From an uncultured bacterium (GTDB lineage: Bacteria; Chloroflexota; Dehalococcoidia; Tepidiformales; Tepidiformaceae), in NCBI GenBank assembly GCA_963832795.1, contig CAWHVJ010000012.1:59095-123094 (forward strand): a DNA stretch of 64,000 nucleotides. Reading direction: 5' to 3'. The notes under the pieces are model-generated. The model worked only from the letters and a program-made list of their open reading frames with translations. It did no database searches and had not been told where the DNA came from. Shown here piece after piece: positions 11,984 through 24,050 of the stretch. The translations under genes and the position numbers were made by a program. Positions within the stretch are counted from its first letter, which is position 1. Each line of letters starts with the position of its first letter.

Positions 11984-12619
11984 ATGACCATCGAAGGACT
12001 CCTCGGCCGCAAGCTCGGCACCCTGCAGGTGTTCGACGACAAGGGGCGCCTCCGCGGTGCGACCGCGGTGGAAGTTGGCCCCTGCTTTGTCACCCACATC
12101 CGCACGCCCGAAAGCGACGGCTATAGCGCCATTCAGATCGGCTTCCAGGACGACAAGCGCATGAACAAGCCGGAGGCCGGCCATCTCAAGGCCGCCGGCA
12201 ACCTCAAGCTTCGCCACCTGGCCGAATTCCGCACCGACGGTTCCGGCAGTTACAGCCTTGGCGACCGCCTCGGCGCCGAGCTCTTCACGCCCGGCGAAAA
12301 GGTCGATGTAACCGCTACCTCCAAGGGCCGCGGGTTCCAGGGTGGCGTTCGCCGCCACAACTTCAGCGGCGGCCCGAAGACGCACGGCCAGAGCGACCGC
12401 CACCGCGCCCCGGGCTCCATTGGCTCAGGCACGACGCCGGGTCGCGTCTACAAGGGAACGCGCATGGCCGGCCACATGGGCGCCGTCCGCACCACCGTCC
12501 GCAATCTCGAGGTCATCGCGCGGAACGACGACCGCGGTGTCATCTTCGTGGGCGGCTCGGTACCAGGCCCGATCGGCGCTGTCGTCCGCGTGCGCAGCGC
12601 GAGGAGGGTCTCCAAGTGA
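11984..12619 (+). CDS. rplC: 50S ribosomal protein L3
   Basis: Internal ATG ([12 protein letters not shown]...) inside the longer ORF; L3 blocks present. Confidence 0.9.
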   Translation: MTIEGLLGRKLGTLQVFDDKGRLRGATAVEVGPCFVTHIRTPESDGYSAIQIGFQDDKRMNKPEAGHLKAAGNLKLRHLAEFRTDGSGSYSLGDRLGAELFTPGEKVDVTATSKGRGFQGGVRRHNFSGGPKTHGQSDRHRAPGSIGSGTTPGRVYKGTRMAGHMGAVRTTVRNLEVIARNDDRGVIFVGGSVPGPIGAVVRVRSARRVSK

Positions 12620-13284
12620 AGCTGACCGTCTATGACACGACCGGTAAGGCGCTTCGCCAGATAGACGCGGCCGACGAGGTCTTTGGCATCGAGCCCAACC
12701 GTCCGGTGCTCCACCAGGCGTACGTCGCCCAGATGGGCAACCGTCGCGGCGGCAACGCCAGCACGCTGCGCCGCGGCGAGGTCGAAGGCTCGACCTTCAA
12801 GACGCGCAAGCAGAAGGGTCTCGGGCGTTCGCGGCAGGGCGGCATTCGCGCTTCGCATCACGTCGGCGGCGGCGTCGCCCACGGACCGCGACCCCACAGC
12901 TTTGCCAAAGACCTGCCCCGCCAGATGCGGCGGCTCGCCTTGCGCTCCGCGCTCAGCAGCCACGCCGCCGGCGGCTCGCTCGTCGTCGTCGAAGGGCTCG
13001 CGCCGGAAGAGGTCAAGACGAGGACTGTCCAGGCTGCCCTCGATGCGCTGCGGATCGACCGCCGCGTGCTCGTCGTCACCGGCGAACACGAGCCGGGACT
13101 CCAGCGCGCCGGTAGCAACATCGAAATCGTCAAGGTGGTTCCCGCTTCGAACCTCGGCGTCGTCGACGTCGTAAATGCGCACAAGCTCGTCATGTCCGAA
13201 GAAGCCGTCCGCAAGTGCGAGGCGCTCTGGGGCGGCGCCAACCTGAAGCCGGCGCGCGGCCGGCGTGTCGCGGAGGCCGTGTAA
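12616..13284 (+). CDS. rplD: 50S ribosomal protein L4
   Basis: GTG start; 222 aa of L4-type sequence. Confidence 0.9.
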   Translation: MKLTVYDTTGKALRQIDAADEVFGIEPNRPVLHQAYVAQMGNRRGGNASTLRRGEVEGSTFKTRKQKGLGRSRQGGIRASHHVGGGVAHGPRPHSFAKDLPRQMRRLALRSALSSHAAGGSLVVVEGLAPEEVKTRTVQAALDALRIDRRVLVVTGEHEPGLQRAGSNIEIVKVVPASNLGVVDVVNAHKLVMSEEAVRKCEALWGGANLKPARGRRVAEAV

Positions 13285-13580
13285 TGCCGAAGGAACTGCA
13301 CCCCTACGGCGTGCTCCTGCGTCCCATCATCACTGAGAAGACGACCGTCCTCACGGGCCTCGATCAGTACGTCTTCGAAGTTGACCTGCGCGCCAACAAG
13401 AACCAGATCAAGGAAGCCGTCCAGCTCGCCTTCAACGTCCACGTCAAGGACGTGAACACGATGAAGATGAAGGGCAAGGCGAAGCGCTTCGGGCGCAAGG
13501 TCACCAATCGGCCAGACTGGAAAAAGGCGATCGTCACGCTCGTGCCGGGCGAGAAGATCGACCTCTTCGAGGGGATTTAG
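13284..13580 (+). CDS. rplW: 50S ribosomal protein L23
   Basis: TAATG overlap with rplD; [19 protein letters not shown]... Confidence 0.9.
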   Translation: MPKELHPYGVLLRPIITEKTTVLTGLDQYVFEVDLRANKNQIKEAVQLAFNVHVKDVNTMKMKGKAKRFGRKVTNRPDWKKAIVTLVPGEKIDLFEGI

Positions 13581-13582
13581 CC

Positions 13583-14413
13583 ATGCCCATCAAGCAGTTC
13601 AAGCCGACTTCCCCGGGACGCCGCAACGCCAGCGGCCAGACGTTCTCCGAGATCACGAAGAGCCGCCCTGAAAAGTCGCTCACCGAATCCCTCAGGAAGA
13701 AGGCAGCAGGCCGCAACAACCAGGGCCGGATCACCGTCCGCAACCGCGGCGGCGGCGCCCGCCGGCTCTACCGCATCATCGACTGGAAGCGTCAGAAGGC
13801 CGGCGTCCCCGCTCGCGTTATCGCCATCGAATACGACCCCAATCGCACGGCGCGCATCGCGCTTCTCCAGTACGCCGATGGCGAGAAGCGCTACATTCTC
13901 GCGCCGAACGGCCTTGCCGTGGGCGCGACGCTGCTCAGCGGCCCGACGGCTGAAGTGCGCGTCGGCAACACGCTCCCGCTCGGCAGCATGCCTACCGGTA
14001 CGCAGGTCCACAACATCGAGATGACGCCCGGCCGCGGTGGCCAGATGGTTCGCAGCGCCGGCGTTTCTGCCCAGTTGATGGCGAAGGAAGGCGACTACGC
14101 ACTGCTTCGCCTCCCCAGCGGTGAGATGCGCCGGGTGCGCATCGAGTGCGTCGCCACCGTCGGCCAGGTGGGCAACGTCGAACACTCGCTCGTCAAGCTC
14201 GGCAAGGCCGGGCGCACGCGCCACCGTGGCCGCCGGCCCGAAGTGCGCGGCTCCGTCATGAACCCCCGCGACCATCCGCACGGCGGCGGCGAAGGCCGTG
14301 CGCCAATCGGTATGCCGGGACCGAAGACCCCGTGGGGCAAGCCGACCCTCGGCTACCGCACCCGCAGCAACAAGCGCACCGACAAGTTCATTGCGCGTCG
14401 GCGAACGAAGTAG
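13583..14413 (+). CDS. rplB: 50S ribosomal protein L2
   Basis: 276 aa of L2 sequence. Confidence 0.95.
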   Translation: MPIKQFKPTSPGRRNASGQTFSEITKSRPEKSLTESLRKKAAGRNNQGRITVRNRGGGARRLYRIIDWKRQKAGVPARVIAIEYDPNRTARIALLQYADGEKRYILAPNGLAVGATLLSGPTAEVRVGNTLPLGSMPTGTQVHNIEMTPGRGGQMVRSAGVSAQLMAKEGDYALLRLPSGEMRRVRIECVATVGQVGNVEHSLVKLGKAGRTRHRGRRPEVRGSVMNPRDHPHGGGEGRAPIGMPGPKTPWGKPTLGYRTRSNKRTDKFIARRRTK

Positions 14414-14422
14414 GAGTAGGCG

Positions 14423-14710
14423 ATGTCACGTTCAATCAAGAAGGGCCCCTACGTCCACCCGTCGCTGATAAAGCAGGTGGCGATGATGCGGAACGCGCAG
14501 AGCCGTTCCGTCATCAAGACGTGGTCGCGCGCTTCCACCATCCTGCCGGACATGATCGGCATGACCTTCGGTGTCCACGACGGGCGACGCCACGTGCCGG
14601 TGTTCGTCACCGAGAACATGGTCGGCCACAAGCTCGGCGAGTTCGCGCTCACGCGCACCTTCCGCGGCCACGTCTCCAAGAGCGACCGCCAGAGCAAGGT
14701 GAGGCGCTGA
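14423..14710 (+). CDS. rpsS: 30S ribosomal protein S19
   Basis: 95 aa of S19 sequence. Confidence 0.95.
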   Translation: MSRSIKKGPYVHPSLIKQVAMMRNAQSRSVIKTWSRASTILPDMIGMTFGVHDGRRHVPVFVTENMVGHKLGEFALTRTFRGHVSKSDRQSKVRR

Positions 14711-14711
14711 C

Positions 14712-15050
14712 GTGGAAGTGAAAGCAACTGCGACCGGTCTCGGCGCCCCGCCGCGCAAGATCCGGCTGATCCTCGAGCGTCTTCCCGGCCTCACGGTCGA
14801 CCAGGCGCTCGCGCTCCTGCGCTACGTGACCTCGCCACATGCAAAGTCTGTCTCCAAGGTCGTGCTTTCCGCCGCATCCAACGCGGAGAACAACTTCGAC
14901 ATGGACGTCGATGACCTCGTCATCAAGCGGGCCTATGCGGACGAAGGCCCCACGCAACGACGATTCCGGCCGCGCTCGCGAGGCCGTGTCAGCCCGATCC
15001 TCAAGCGGTCGAGCCACGTCACCATCATTCTCGACGAGCGGGAGGGCTAG
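14712..15050 (+). CDS. rplV: 50S ribosomal protein L22
   Basis: 112 aa with a GTG start. Confidence 0.9.
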   Translation: MEVKATATGLGAPPRKIRLILERLPGLTVDQALALLRYVTSPHAKSVSKVVLSAASNAENNFDMDVDDLVIKRAYADEGPTQRRFRPRSRGRVSPILKRSSHVTIILDEREG

Positions 15051-15051
15051 T

Positions 15052-15846
15052 TTGGGACAGAAAGTACATCCGCACGGCTTCCGGCTCGGCATCATTTACG
15101 ACTGGGAGTCCAAGTGGTTCGCGGAGAAGGATTACACCACCCGCCTCCACCAGGACCTCGAGCTGCGCCGCTTCGTCTTGAACGAGCTGCCCGACGCGGC
15201 CATCAGCCACGTCGAGATCGACCGCAACGCGAACATGGTGACCATCACCATTCACACCGCGAAGCCGGGCATCGTCATCGGCCGCGGCGGCACCAAGGTC
15301 GAAGAGCTTCGCAATACGCTCGAACGCTTCAGCGGCGGCCGCGTTCGCGTCAACATCCAGGAGATTCGCACACCGGAGCTTGACGCCTACCTGGTGGCAC
15401 GCTCCGTCGCCGACCAGCTCGAACGCCGCGTGGCCTTCCGCCGCGCCGTCAAGCAGGCCGTCCAGCGCACCATGCAGCGCGGCGCGCTCGGTGTACGTGT
15501 GGCCGTCGCGGGCCGCCTCGGCGGCGCCGAGATGTCTCGCCGCGAGTCGGACACGCAGGGCCGCGTCCCTCGCCACACCCTCCGCGCCAACATCGACTAC
15601 GGCATCGCCGAAGCGCACACGACCTTCGGTCGTATCGGCGTCAAGTGCTGGATCTACAAGGGCGACATTATCCCCGAAAAGGGCGACGGCAACCGCCGCA
15701 CCGTCGAGGAGGAGATCCCCGAGCCGGTCGCCCCGGTGGCCCCCGTCGCCCCGCCACCCGCCGAAGTCGGTGGGCCGGCACACACGCCGATCACGATGGA
15801 GCAGCAGCAGGCTGTCCAGCGCGGCGCCGACGAGGGAGGCGCGTAA
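15052..15846 (+). CDS. rpsC: 30S ribosomal protein S3 (with a PVAP-rich C-terminal extension)
   Basis: TTG start immediately after the rplV stop; [22 protein letters not shown]. Confidence 0.9.
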   Translation: MGQKVHPHGFRLGIIYDWESKWFAEKDYTTRLHQDLELRRFVLNELPDAAISHVEIDRNANMVTITIHTAKPGIVIGRGGTKVEELRNTLERFSGGRVRVNIQEIRTPELDAYLVARSVADQLERRVAFRRAVKQAVQRTMQRGALGVRVAVAGRLGGAEMSRRESDTQGRVPRHTLRANIDYGIAEAHTTFGRIGVKCWIYKGDIIPEKGDGNRRTVEEEIPEPVAPVAPVAPPPAEVGGPAHTPITMEQQQAVQRGADEGGA

Positions 15847-16265
15847 TGCTGCAACCCCGTCGCGTAAAGCATCGCAAGCAGCACCGCGGCCGCCGCAGTG
15901 GCGAAGCGCTGACGGGCAACTTCGTTGCCTTCGGCGAATTCGGTCTGCAGGCGCAAGGTGCTGCCTGGATCGATTCCCGCCACATCGAGAGCGCCCGCCG
16001 CGCCATGACCCACGAAATGAAGCGCGGTGGCAAGGTGTGGATTCGCATCTTCCCGGACAAGCCGGTCACGGCGAAGCCTGCCGAGACCCGCATGGGTTCC
16101 GGCAAAGGTGCGCCGGACCGCTGGGTGGCGGTGGTCAAGCCTAACCGCATCATGTTCGAAGTCGCCGGCGTGCCCGAGCCGGTCGCGCGCGAGGCCCTTC
16201 GCCTCGCCGCACACAAATTGCCAGTGCCCACGAAGATCGTGGTGCGCGAAGAAACGGTGGTCTAA
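15846..16265 (+). CDS. rplP: 50S ribosomal protein L16
   Basis: TAATG overlap with rpsC; [15 protein letters not shown]. Confidence 0.92.
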   Translation: MLQPRRVKHRKQHRGRRSGEALTGNFVAFGEFGLQAQGAAWIDSRHIESARRAMTHEMKRGGKVWIRIFPDKPVTAKPAETRMGSGKGAPDRWVAVVKPNRIMFEVAGVPEPVAREALRLAAHKLPVPTKIVVREETVV

Positions 16266-16267
16266 CG

Positions 16268-16489
16268 ATGGCCAAGCAGAAAGCCGAGGAGTTCCGTCGC
16301 CTCGACGAGGCACGCCTCGATGAACAGATCAACGAAGCCTACCGGGCGATGTTCACGCTGCGCTTCCAACACGCCAGCCGCCAGCTGGAGAACTACCGGG
16401 AGTTGCGCAACGCCCGCCGCAAGATTGCCAGGCTGCGCACCGTGAAACGCGAGCGACAGCTCGCCGCTCTCCTGGGCGTGGAGGAGTAA
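16268..16489 (+). CDS. rpmC: 50S ribosomal protein L29
   Basis: 73 aa of L29 sequence. Confidence 0.9.
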   Translation: MAKQKAEEFRRLDEARLDEQINEAYRAMFTLRFQHASRQLENYRELRNARRKIARLRTVKRERQLAALLGVEE

Positions 16490-16491
16490 CC

Positions 16492-16821
16492 ATGGGTCTG
16501 CAGCGAGTCATCCAGGGCACCGTCGTCTCGGACAAGATGGATAAGACCATCGTTGTCACTGTCGAGCGCAGGAAGAAGCATCCGCTCTACCACAAGGTCA
16601 TGTCCGTCACCGAGCGATACAAGGCGCACGACGAGGACAACACCTGCAAGCTCGGCGATGTCGTGCGCATCGGCGAGTGCCGCCCGATGTCGAAGGACAA
16701 GCGCTGGCGGGTGCTCGAAATCGTCACGCGCGGCGACGTCGCCGACGTCGCGCCCGAATCTATCGGCCGCGAAATCGAGCAAACGGCGCAGGTGGCGCCA
16801 AAGTCGGAGGTCCAGGAGTGA
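16492..16821 (+). CDS. rpsQ: 30S ribosomal protein S17 (with C-terminal extension)
   Basis: 109 aa of S17 sequence. Confidence 0.9.
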   Translation: MGLQRVIQGTVVSDKMDKTIVVTVERRKKHPLYHKVMSVTERYKAHDEDNTCKLGDVVRIGECRPMSKDKRWRVLEIVTRGDVADVAPESIGREIEQTAQVAPKSEVQE

Positions 16822-17189
16822 TTCAGCAGGAGACCCGGCTGAAGGTCGCCGATAACTCCGGCGCTCGTTCGCTCCTCTGCATCCGCGTGCTCGGTGGCAG
16901 CCGGCGTCGCTACGCGCGCCCCGGCGACATCATCGTCGCCAGCGTTAAGGTCGCGCAGCCGAACTCCAACGTGAAGAAGGGCGATGTCGTCAAAGCCGTC
17001 GTCGTTCGCGTGACCAAGGAATACGGGCGTGCCGACGGCTCCTACATCCGCTTCGACGAGAACGCCGCCGTGCTTCTCGCCAGTGATGGTGAGAACCCCC
17101 GTGGCACGCGCATCTTCGGGCCCGTCGCCCGCGAGTTGCGCGACCGCAACTTCATGAAAATCGTTTCGCTCGCGCCGGAGGTGCTCTGA
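16818..17189 (+). CDS. rplN: 50S ribosomal protein L14
   Basis: GTGA overlap with rpsQ; [16 protein letters not shown]. Confidence 0.92.
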   Translation: MIQQETRLKVADNSGARSLLCIRVLGGSRRRYARPGDIIVASVKVAQPNSNVKKGDVVKAVVVRVTKEYGRADGSYIRFDENAAVLLASDGENPRGTRIFGPVARELRDRNFMKIVSLAPEVL

Positions 17190-17506
17190 TGCCCGCGAAG
17201 ATCAAGCGCGGCGACCGCGTCGTCGTCATTGCCGGGAAGGACCGCGGCAAGCAGGGGACCGTGCGCGCCGTCGTCACCAAGCACGACCGCGTGCTCGTGG
17301 AAGGCGTGAACATGATCAAGCGCCACCAGCGTGCCCGCAGCCAGAACCAGGCATCCGCCATCATTGAGCGCGAGGCGCCGATTCACGTCAGCAACGTCAT
17401 GCTCATCGACCCGAACAACAACCAGCCGACGCGCGTGACTTTTCGCCGCCGCGAAGACGGCACGCTCGTTCGCGTCGGAAAGCGCAGCGGGGAGGACATC
17501 GAATGA
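17189..17506 (+). CDS. rplX: 50S ribosomal protein L24
   Basis: 105 aa of L24 sequence. Confidence 0.92.
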   Translation: MPAKIKRGDRVVVIAGKDRGKQGTVRAVVTKHDRVLVEGVNMIKRHQRARSQNQASAIIEREAPIHVSNVMLIDPNNNQPTRVTFRRREDGTLVRVGKRSGEDIE

Positions 17507-18066
17507 CGACTGCAACCGCAACGCTCCCGCGCATGCGCGAGAAGTACGAAGCCGAGGCGTTCACCGCCCTCCGCGAGCAGTTCAAATACGAGAACGTGAT
17601 GCAGGTGCCGCGCATCACGAAGATCACCGTGAACATCGGTCTGGGCGAGGCCCTCACCGATGCCAACGCACTCGACAAGGCGGCGGATGATGTGGCCGCG
17701 ATCACAGGGCAGAAGCCCGTGATTACCCGGGCTCGCCGCTCGATCGCGAACTTTCGCTTGCGCGAAGGCAACCCCATCGGCGTGGCCGTGACACTTCGCG
17801 GCGCCCATATGTGGGAGTTCCTCGACCGCCTCGTCAGTGCCGCGCTCCCCCGCATCCGCGATTTCCAGGGACTCAACCCCAACGCCTTCGATGGCCGGGG
17901 AAACTACAGCCTGGGCATCCGCGAACAGCTCATCTTCCCGGAGATCGACTACGACAAGGTCGATAAGGTCCGCGGAATGCAGGTGACGATCGTCACATCG
18001 GCAAAGACAGACGAAGAAGGCCGCAAGCTCCTCGAGTTGATGGGCCTGCCCTTCCGGAAGAATTAG
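17503..18066 (+). CDS. rplE: 50S ribosomal protein L5
   Basis: 187 aa of L5 sequence. Confidence 0.95.
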   Translation: MTTATATLPRMREKYEAEAFTALREQFKYENVMQVPRITKITVNIGLGEALTDANALDKAADDVAAITGQKPVITRARRSIANFRLREGNPIGVAVTLRGAHMWEFLDRLVSAALPRIRDFQGLNPNAFDGRGNYSLGIREQLIFPEIDYDKVDKVRGMQVTIVTSAKTDEEGRKLLELMGLPFRKN

Positions 18067-18076
18067 GAGGCCGCCC

Positions 18077-18382
18077 ATGGCATCAAAAGGCATCGTCAAT
18101 CGCGACCAGCGCCGTCGCGAGCTGAACGCCAAGTACTCGGCCCGCCGGGCCGAGATCAAGCGCGAGCTGCACAAGTCGTGGGACGACCCCCGAAAGGTCG
18201 ATGAGCTCTATGCGGAGCTGCGCAGGATGCCGCTCAACAGCAGCCCCACGCGCATCCACAACCGCGACATGATCAACGGCCGGCCCAAGGGCTACATCCG
18301 CAAGTTCGGTCTCTCGCGCATCACCTTCCGCGAACTTGCACATCGGGGGCTTCTGCCCGGAGTAACCAAATCCAGCTGGTAA
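18077..18382 (+). CDS. rpsN: 30S ribosomal protein S14 (long, non-zinc form)
   Basis: 101 aa with no CxxC zinc ribbon. Confidence 0.9.
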   Translation: MASKGIVNRDQRRRELNAKYSARRAEIKRELHKSWDDPRKVDELYAELRRMPLNSSPTRIHNRDMINGRPKGYIRKFGLSRITFRELAHRGLLPGVTKSSW

Positions 18383-18416
18383 GTGCCAGAGCGCAAACGC
18401 CAGAGGGGAAGTAATA

Positions 18417-18821
18417 ATGAGTGTTAGTGATCCCATCGCCGATATGCTCACGCGCATCCGCAACGCCGTAGGTTCGCGGCACGATGCCGTGCTCATCCCG
18501 GCTTCGAAGGTGAAAGTCGCCATAGCCCAGGTCCTCAAGGACGAGGGCTTCATTCGCGATTACGCAGTTGTGCCCGAAGAGGGCCGCCCGCAACCGAACC
18601 TGAAGGTCGAGCTGAGCTATGGCGGCCGCCGTCAGCCGATTCTCACGGGGCTGCAGCGCGTCAGTAAGCCGGGTCTCCGAGTCTACGTTCAGCGCCGCGA
18701 GATTCCTCGCGTCTACGGCGGTCTCGGTATCGCCATCATTTCGACGCCGAAAGGCATCATGTCGGGGCAGGAGGCCCGTCGCCAGGAAGTTGGCGGCGAG
18801 CTTCTCTGTTACGTCTGGTAG
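18417..18821 (+). CDS. rpsH: 30S ribosomal protein S8
   Basis: 134 aa of S8 sequence. Confidence 0.95.
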   Translation: MSVSDPIADMLTRIRNAVGSRHDAVLIPASKVKVAIAQVLKDEGFIRDYAVVPEEGRPQPNLKVELSYGGRRQPILTGLQRVSKPGLRVYVQRREIPRVYGGLGIAIISTPKGIMSGQEARRQEVGGELLCYVW

Positions 18822-18830
18822 GAGGGCCCC

Positions 18831-19376
18831 ATGTCACGCATCGGCCGCCAGCCCATCAGCGTCCCCAGCAACGTCCAGGTCACGATCAATGACGACAACA
18901 GCGTCACGGTGAAAGGCCCGAAGGGCGAGCTCGCTCGCCAGTTCCCGCCCACCATGCAGCTCAACCGTGAAGACGGCACCATCACGGTCGCCCGCCCCAA
19001 CGACGAGGGTAAGCAGCGTGCCCTGCACGGCCTCTCGCGGTCGCTGTTGAATAACATGGTGGTCGGCGTCACCACCGGTTTCACCAAGACGCTCGAGGTC
19101 CAGGGTGTCGGCTACCGCGCTCAGCTCCAGGGCACGAACCTGCAACTGGCGCTTGGCTTTTCGCATCCGGTGATGGTGTCGCCGCCCGAGGGCATCACGT
19201 TTGCGGTCGAAGGGCCGCGTGTGCTCGTCCAGGGTATCGATAAGGAACGCGTTGGCCAGGTTGCGGCCAACATCCGCAAGCTCCGTCCGCCGGAGCCGTA
19301 CAAGGGCAAGGGCATTCGCTATACCGGCGAACGGGTCCGCCGCAAGGCTGGCAAGGCCGGAAAGGTGGGCAAGTAA
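18831..19376 (+). CDS. rplF: 50S ribosomal protein L6
   Basis: 181 aa of L6 sequence. Confidence 0.95.
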   Translation: MSRIGRQPISVPSNVQVTINDDNSVTVKGPKGELARQFPPTMQLNREDGTITVARPNDEGKQRALHGLSRSLLNNMVVGVTTGFTKTLEVQGVGYRAQLQGTNLQLALGFSHPVMVSPPEGITFAVEGPRVLVQGIDKERVGQVAANIRKLRPPEPYKGKGIRYTGERVRRKAGKAGKVGK

Positions 19377-19742
19377 ATGAGCACAACGACCAGCGTTCTC
19401 GCACGCCAGCGGCGCCACACGCGCGTGCGCAAGCACGTCTCCGGCACGCCCGAACGTCCACGCCTGAACGTCTTCCGCAGCTCCACCCACATCTACGCGC
19501 AGGTGATCGACGATGTGGCCGGCCGCACACTCGCCGCGGCCAGCGACCTCGATAAGGACCTCGCCGCGGCGATCAAGGGTAAGAACAAGACCGAGCGCGC
19601 CTCGGCGGTGGGCAAAGCCATCGCAGAGCGCGCAAAAGCCAACGGTGTATCGCTCGTCGTCTTCGACCGAGGCGGATACAAGTACCACGGCCGCGTCCAG
19701 GCGCTGGCCGCCGCCGCTCGCGAAGCGGGACTGGGGTTCTAG
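19377..19742 (+). CDS. rplR: 50S ribosomal protein L18
   Basis: 121 aa of L18 sequence. Confidence 0.93.
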   Translation: MSTTTSVLARQRRHTRVRKHVSGTPERPRLNVFRSSTHIYAQVIDDVAGRTLAAASDLDKDLAAAIKGKNKTERASAVGKAIAERAKANGVSLVVFDRGGYKYHGRVQALAAAAREAGLGF

Positions 19743-20252
19743 ATGCCAGAAAATCGCTACGACCGGGACCAGGGCGGCGACGAGCTCACCGAAAAGGTCA
19801 TCTACATCAACCGCGTCGCCAAGGTCGTCAAGGGTGGCCGCCGCTTCAGCTTTAGCGCGCTCATCGTCGTTGGTGATGGCCACGGGAGCGTCGGTATCGG
19901 CCTGGGTAAGGCCAATGAAGTGCCCGAGGCCATCCGCAAGGGTGCGACCCTTGCCCGGCGCAACATGATCCGCATCCCCATGAAGGGCGGCACGATCGCC
20001 CACCCGCTCCTCGCTCGCTACAGCGCGGCCCGGGTGATGTTCAAGCCTGCAAGCCACGGCACCGGCGTCATTGCAGGTGGCGCTGTGCGTGCCATCATGG
20101 AAGCCGCAGGTGTCACCGACGTCCTCGCAAAGTCGCTCGGCAGCCGCAACCCGATCAATGTGGCACGTGCGACCATCGAGGGCCTGAGCACGTTGCGCGA
20201 TCCCGAAGGAGCACGCGAACGGCGCCTTGCCGTCGCACGGGGGGATAGCTGA
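19743..20252 (+). CDS. rpsE: 30S ribosomal protein S5
   Basis: 169 aa of S5 sequence. Confidence 0.95.
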   Translation: MPENRYDRDQGGDELTEKVIYINRVAKVVKGGRRFSFSALIVVGDGHGSVGIGLGKANEVPEAIRKGATLARRNMIRIPMKGGTIAHPLLARYSAARVMFKPASHGTGVIAGGAVRAIMEAAGVTDVLAKSLGSRNPINVARATIEGLSTLRDPEGARERRLAVARGDS

Positions 20253-20440
20253 TGGCCACCATCTTCGTCACCTACAAGAAGAGCGCGATCGGCTATCGCC
20301 AGGACCAGAAGGACACCATCCGCAAGATGGGCCTCCGCCGGCTGCACCAGACCGTGGAGCTCGAAGACACGCCCGCAGCTCGCGGAATGGTCAACAAGGT
20401 TTCCCACCTCGTTGAGGTGAGTGAAGAGGTATCGCAATGA
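20252..20440 (+). CDS. rpmD: 50S ribosomal protein L30
   Basis: 62 aa of L30 sequence. Confidence 0.9.
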   Translation: MATIFVTYKKSAIGYRQDQKDTIRKMGLRRLHQTVELEDTPAARGMVNKVSHLVEVSEEVSQ

Positions 20441-20919
20441 GCATCGGTGCAGAGGAACTCCGCCCGGCTCGCGGCGCGACCCACGCCCGAAAGCGCGTCG
20501 GCCGCGGCAATGGCAGCGGCCACGGCACGTATTCGGGCCGCGGTCTCAAGGGGCAGAAGTCGCGCAGCGGCAAGAAGGCTCCCTACGACGCGTTCGAAGG
20601 CGGCCAGTTCCCGTCGTCCCGTAAGTACCACAGCCTCCGCGGCTTCAACAACAAGTGGCGCGTCGAATACCAGCCGGTCAACCTGGCCGCGCTTGAGCGC
20701 TTCGATTCCGGCGCCACCGTCGATCCCGATGCACTCGTCGCCGCGGGCATTCTCAAGCACCTCCGCGAGCCCGTGAAGGTACTCGGCCAGGGCGACCTCT
20801 CGAAGAAGCTCAACGTCTCCGCGCACCGCTTCAGCGAGTCCGCGAAAGCCAAGATCGAAGCCGCGGGCGGAACGGCCACCCTCATCGGTCCCGACGCCGA
20901 AGGCACGAAGGAAAGCTAA
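20437..20919 (+). CDS. rplO: 50S ribosomal protein L15
   Basis: 160 aa of L15 sequence. Confidence 0.93.
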   Translation: MSIGAEELRPARGATHARKRVGRGNGSGHGTYSGRGLKGQKSRSGKKAPYDAFEGGQFPSSRKYHSLRGFNNKWRVEYQPVNLAALERFDSGATVDPDALVAAGILKHLREPVKVLGQGDLSKKLNVSAHRFSESAKAKIEAAGGTATLIGPDAEGTKES

Positions 20920-22250
20920 TGACGGCACAACCGGCATCACGACCCCGCCTGCTGCAGGCGATGGTGGACGCCTTCCGGCAGGAAGACGTGCGGCGGAAGC
21001 TCATCTTCACGCTCGCCATGCTCGTGGTGTTCCGCTTTGTCGCCCACGTCCCCGTCCCGAACGTCGACCGCACGGCCCTGGCGAACGCTTTCTCCGGCAA
21101 CGCCCTGCTCGACTTCCTGAGCATCTTCTCCGGTGGCGCGCTCCAGAACCTGAGCGTCGCGGCGCTCGGTGTGTACCCGTACATCACCGCCTCGATCATC
21201 ATGCAGATCATGACGCCGCTCGTTCCGCGGCTGCGCGCCATGCAGGACGAGGGCGAACAGGGCCGTCGCCAGAAAGAGCTCTGGACACACTGGCTCTCGG
21301 TGCCGATGGCGTTCGTCCAGGGCTACGGACAGATCCTCTTCATCAACCAGCAGGGCGGGGACGTCATCAGGGACTTCGGCTTCCAGAACGACGTGCTCGG
21401 CACTTTTGCGACGCTCTTCACGCTTGCGGCCGGCACGATGTTCCTGGTCTGGATCGGCGAGCTCATCACTGAGAACGGCATCGGTAACGGCGTGTCCGTC
21501 ATCATCTTCGGCGGCATCGTCTCGCGCCTGCCCGGGCTCATCCCGAACATCTCGACCGCGTCGATTATCGCGACGCTCTCCATTCTCTTCTTCGCCTTCG
21601 GCCTGATCTTCGTCGTCGTCTACTTCCAGGAAGCGACCCGTCGCGTCCCGGTGCAATACGCTCGCTCGGCCTTCCGGGGTGGCCGGATGTATAGACAGCA
21701 AGGGCAGAGCCATATCCCCTTACGCGTGAACATGGCGGGCATGATCCCGCTCATCTTCGCCTTCTCAATCATGATCCTGCCCGCGACCGTGGCGTCCTAC
21801 TTCACCACGTCCGGCGGATGGGTGCAGTCCGTGGCCGACTGGTTCGTGAACCAGTTCCAGGGCAACCGCGGCGGTACCGGCACCGGCTGGTACTGGGTGA
21901 TCGTCTTCCTCTTAGTGGTGATCTTCACCTTCTTCTACACGATGGTGCAGTACCAGCAGCAGCAGATGGCGAAGAACCTCCAGCGCCAGGGAGCCTTCAT
22001 CCCGGGCATCCGGCCCGGCCCACCGACTGAGGCCTACCTGATGCGCGTGGTCACCAGGATCACGTGGGCCGGCGCCTTCTTCCTGGGCTTCGTCGCCATC
22101 CTCCCGTTCTTCATCGGTCTCATCACCGACGTGAAGGCGCTCACCATCTCCAGCACCGGCTTCCTCATCGTCGTGGCCGTAGTGCTCGACACGATGAAAC
22201 AGCTCGAAGCGCAGCTCTTGATGCGCAACTACGAGGGGTTCATTCGCTAA
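20919..22250 (+). CDS. secY: preprotein translocase subunit SecY
   Basis: 443 aa, 10-TM SecY. Confidence 0.95.
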   Translation: MTAQPASRPRLLQAMVDAFRQEDVRRKLIFTLAMLVVFRFVAHVPVPNVDRTALANAFSGNALLDFLSIFSGGALQNLSVAALGVYPYITASIIMQIMTPLVPRLRAMQDEGEQGRRQKELWTHWLSVPMAFVQGYGQILFINQQGGDVIRDFGFQNDVLGTFATLFTLAAGTMFLVWIGELITENGIGNGVSVIIFGGIVSRLPGLIPNISTASIIATLSILFFAFGLIFVVVYFQEATRRVPVQYARSAFRGGRMYRQQGQSHIPLRVNMAGMIPLIFAFSIMILPATVASYFTTSGGWVQSVADWFVNQFQGNRGGTGTGWYWVIVFLLVVIFTFFYTMVQYQQQQMAKNLQRQGAFIPGIRPGPPTEAYLMRVVTRITWAGAFFLGFVAILPFFIGLITDVKALTISSTGFLIVVAVVLDTMKQLEAQLLMRNYEGFIR

Positions 22251-22889
22251 GTGTTCATCGTTCTGCTTGGCCCACCAGGCGCCGGAAAAGGCACCCAGGC
22301 GCAGCGCATCGCCGCTGCCACGAAGCTGCTGCACATCTCCACCGGCGACATGTTTCGCGAAAACGTCAAGAACGGTACCGAGCTCGGCGTGCTCGCCAAC
22401 AGCTACATGTCGAAGGGTGAACTCGTTCCAGACGACGTGACAATCCGCATGCTCCTCGAGCGCATCGGTCGTCCCGATGCGGCCGAAGGCGCAATGTTCG
22501 ACGGGTTCCCACGAAACGTCGTCCAGGCCGCCGCGCTCGACACCGCGCTCGCCGAACGGAATGCGAAAATCGACCGCGCGCTCTACATCTTCGTCGAGGA
22601 CGACGAGCTCATCGCCCGGCTCGGCGGCCGCTGGATCTGCCGCGACTGCGGCACGCTCTACCACGAGCGTAATGACCCACCGAAGAAGGCCGGTACCTGC
22701 GACAAGTGCGGCGGCGAGCTCTATCAGCGCGAAGACGACCGGCCCGAAGTTGTCCGCACCCGCCTCGAAAAGCAGAAGCCGCCCGCCGACCTCATCGACC
22801 ACTACCGCAAGGCGGGCGTGCTCAAAGAGATTGACGGCCAGCGCTCTCTCGACGAGGTAACGAGTGCCCTCCTGGAGGCCATCGGCTAA
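22251..22889 (+). CDS. adk: adenylate kinase (zinc-lid type)
   Basis: P-loop GPPGAGKGTQ and a CRDCG...CDKCG zinc lid. Confidence 0.95.
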   Translation: MFIVLLGPPGAGKGTQAQRIAAATKLLHISTGDMFRENVKNGTELGVLANSYMSKGELVPDDVTIRMLLERIGRPDAAEGAMFDGFPRNVVQAAALDTALAERNAKIDRALYIFVEDDELIARLGGRWICRDCGTLYHERNDPPKKAGTCDKCGGELYQREDDRPEVVRTRLEKQKPPADLIDHYRKAGVLKEIDGQRSLDEVTSALLEAIG

Positions 22890-22891
22890 CG

Positions 22892-23662
22892 ATGGCGGTG
22901 AAGCTGAAGTCAGAAGACGAACTGAAGATCATGCGCGAGGCCGGGCGGATCGTTGGGCAGACGCTCGAGAAGATCCGCGCCATGATCAAGCCTGGCCTGA
23001 ACATCCTCGCGATCGAATCGTTCGTCGCCGATGAGTTCAACCGCCTGGGCGTCACGTCTCCTTTTCTTCACTACTCGCCTGCGCCGAAGTACCCTCCCTA
23101 CCCGTCGAACATCTGCATCAGCATCAACGACCAGCTCGTCCACGGGATCCCGCGCGATCGCACGCTCAAGGAGGGCGACGTCGTCACGTTCGACCTCGGT
23201 GCGACCTATCGAGGGTACGTCGGCGACGCGGCGATCACGGTGGGGGTTGGCAACATAACCCCCGCGGCTGCAAACTTAATGAGAGTGACTGAAGATTCGC
23301 TCTGGGCGGGTATTCGAGCGGCGCGATGCGGACGACACCTCAATGACGTCCGCGGAGCGATCGAAGACACAATCCGGCCGTACGGATACGGTATCGTGAA
23401 GGGCTACGGCGGGCACGGCGTCGGCCGAAGCATGCACGAGGAGCCGCACGTCGAGAACTTTCGCCAGCGTTCGAAGGGCATTCCCCTCCACAACGGCCTG
23501 GTGATTGCCCTCGAACCGATGGTGACACTTGGTAATCCAGATGTTACAGAAGGCTCCGACGGCTGGACTGTAAGGACGAAAGACGGTAGCTTATGCTGTC
23601 ATTTCGAGCATACGATAGCAATCCGCGAGGGTCGTGAGGCCGAAGTCCTCACACTCCCCTAG
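22892..23662 (+). CDS. map: type I methionine aminopeptidase
   Basis: 256 aa with the metal ligands conserved. Confidence 0.93.
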   Translation: MAVKLKSEDELKIMREAGRIVGQTLEKIRAMIKPGLNILAIESFVADEFNRLGVTSPFLHYSPAPKYPPYPSNICISINDQLVHGIPRDRTLKEGDVVTFDLGATYRGYVGDAAITVGVGNITPAAANLMRVTEDSLWAGIRAARCGRHLNDVRGAIEDTIRPYGYGIVKGYGGHGVGRSMHEEPHVENFRQRSKGIPLHNGLVIALEPMVTLGNPDVTEGSDGWTVRTKDGSLCCHFEHTIAIREGREAEVLTLP

Positions 23663-23685
23663 GTAGCTGCGCGAAAGAAGGGTGT

Positions 23686-23904
23686 ATGGCAAAGAAGGAC
23701 GCGATTGAAGTCGAAGGGGTCGTAACAGAGCCACTGCCGAACGCAATGTTCAAGGTGGAGCTGGCCAACGGGCACGAAGTGCTCGCGCATGTGAGCGGCA
23801 AGATCCGCATGAACTTCATCAAAATCCTTCCCGGGGACCGCGTGCTGGTAGAGCTTTCGCCCTACGACCTCACACGCGGGCGAATCACGTACCGCTTCAA
23901 GTAA
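23686..23904 (+). CDS. infA: translation initiation factor IF-1
   Basis: 72 aa of IF-1 sequence. Confidence 0.95.
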   Translation: MAKKDAIEVEGVVTEPLPNAMFKVELANGHEVLAHVSGKIRMNFIKILPGDRVLVELSPYDLTRGRITYRFK

Positions 23905-23932
23905 CCCCGCCGCCCGCCATCTCAGGAGAATC

Positions 23933-24046
23933 ATGAAGGTCCGAGCATCCGTTAAGCCACGCTGCGACAAGTGCAAGATCATCCGTCGGCACGGTCGCGT
24001 CATGGTGATCTGCGAAAATCCGAAGCACAAACAGCGGCAGGGATAG
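23933..24046 (+). CDS. rpmJ: 50S ribosomal protein L36 (zinc form)
   Basis: Found by my own translation: [37 protein letters not shown]. It is absent from the ORF track because it is under the size cutoff. Confidence 0.9.
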   Translation: MKVRASVKPRCDKCKIIRRHGRVMVICENPKHKQRQG

Positions 24047-24050
24047 GTAC

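Noticed and set aside
20937-22802. Antisense ORFs 20937..21713(-) and 21912..22802(-)
   Set aside because: Opposite secY and adk; low-complexity junk.
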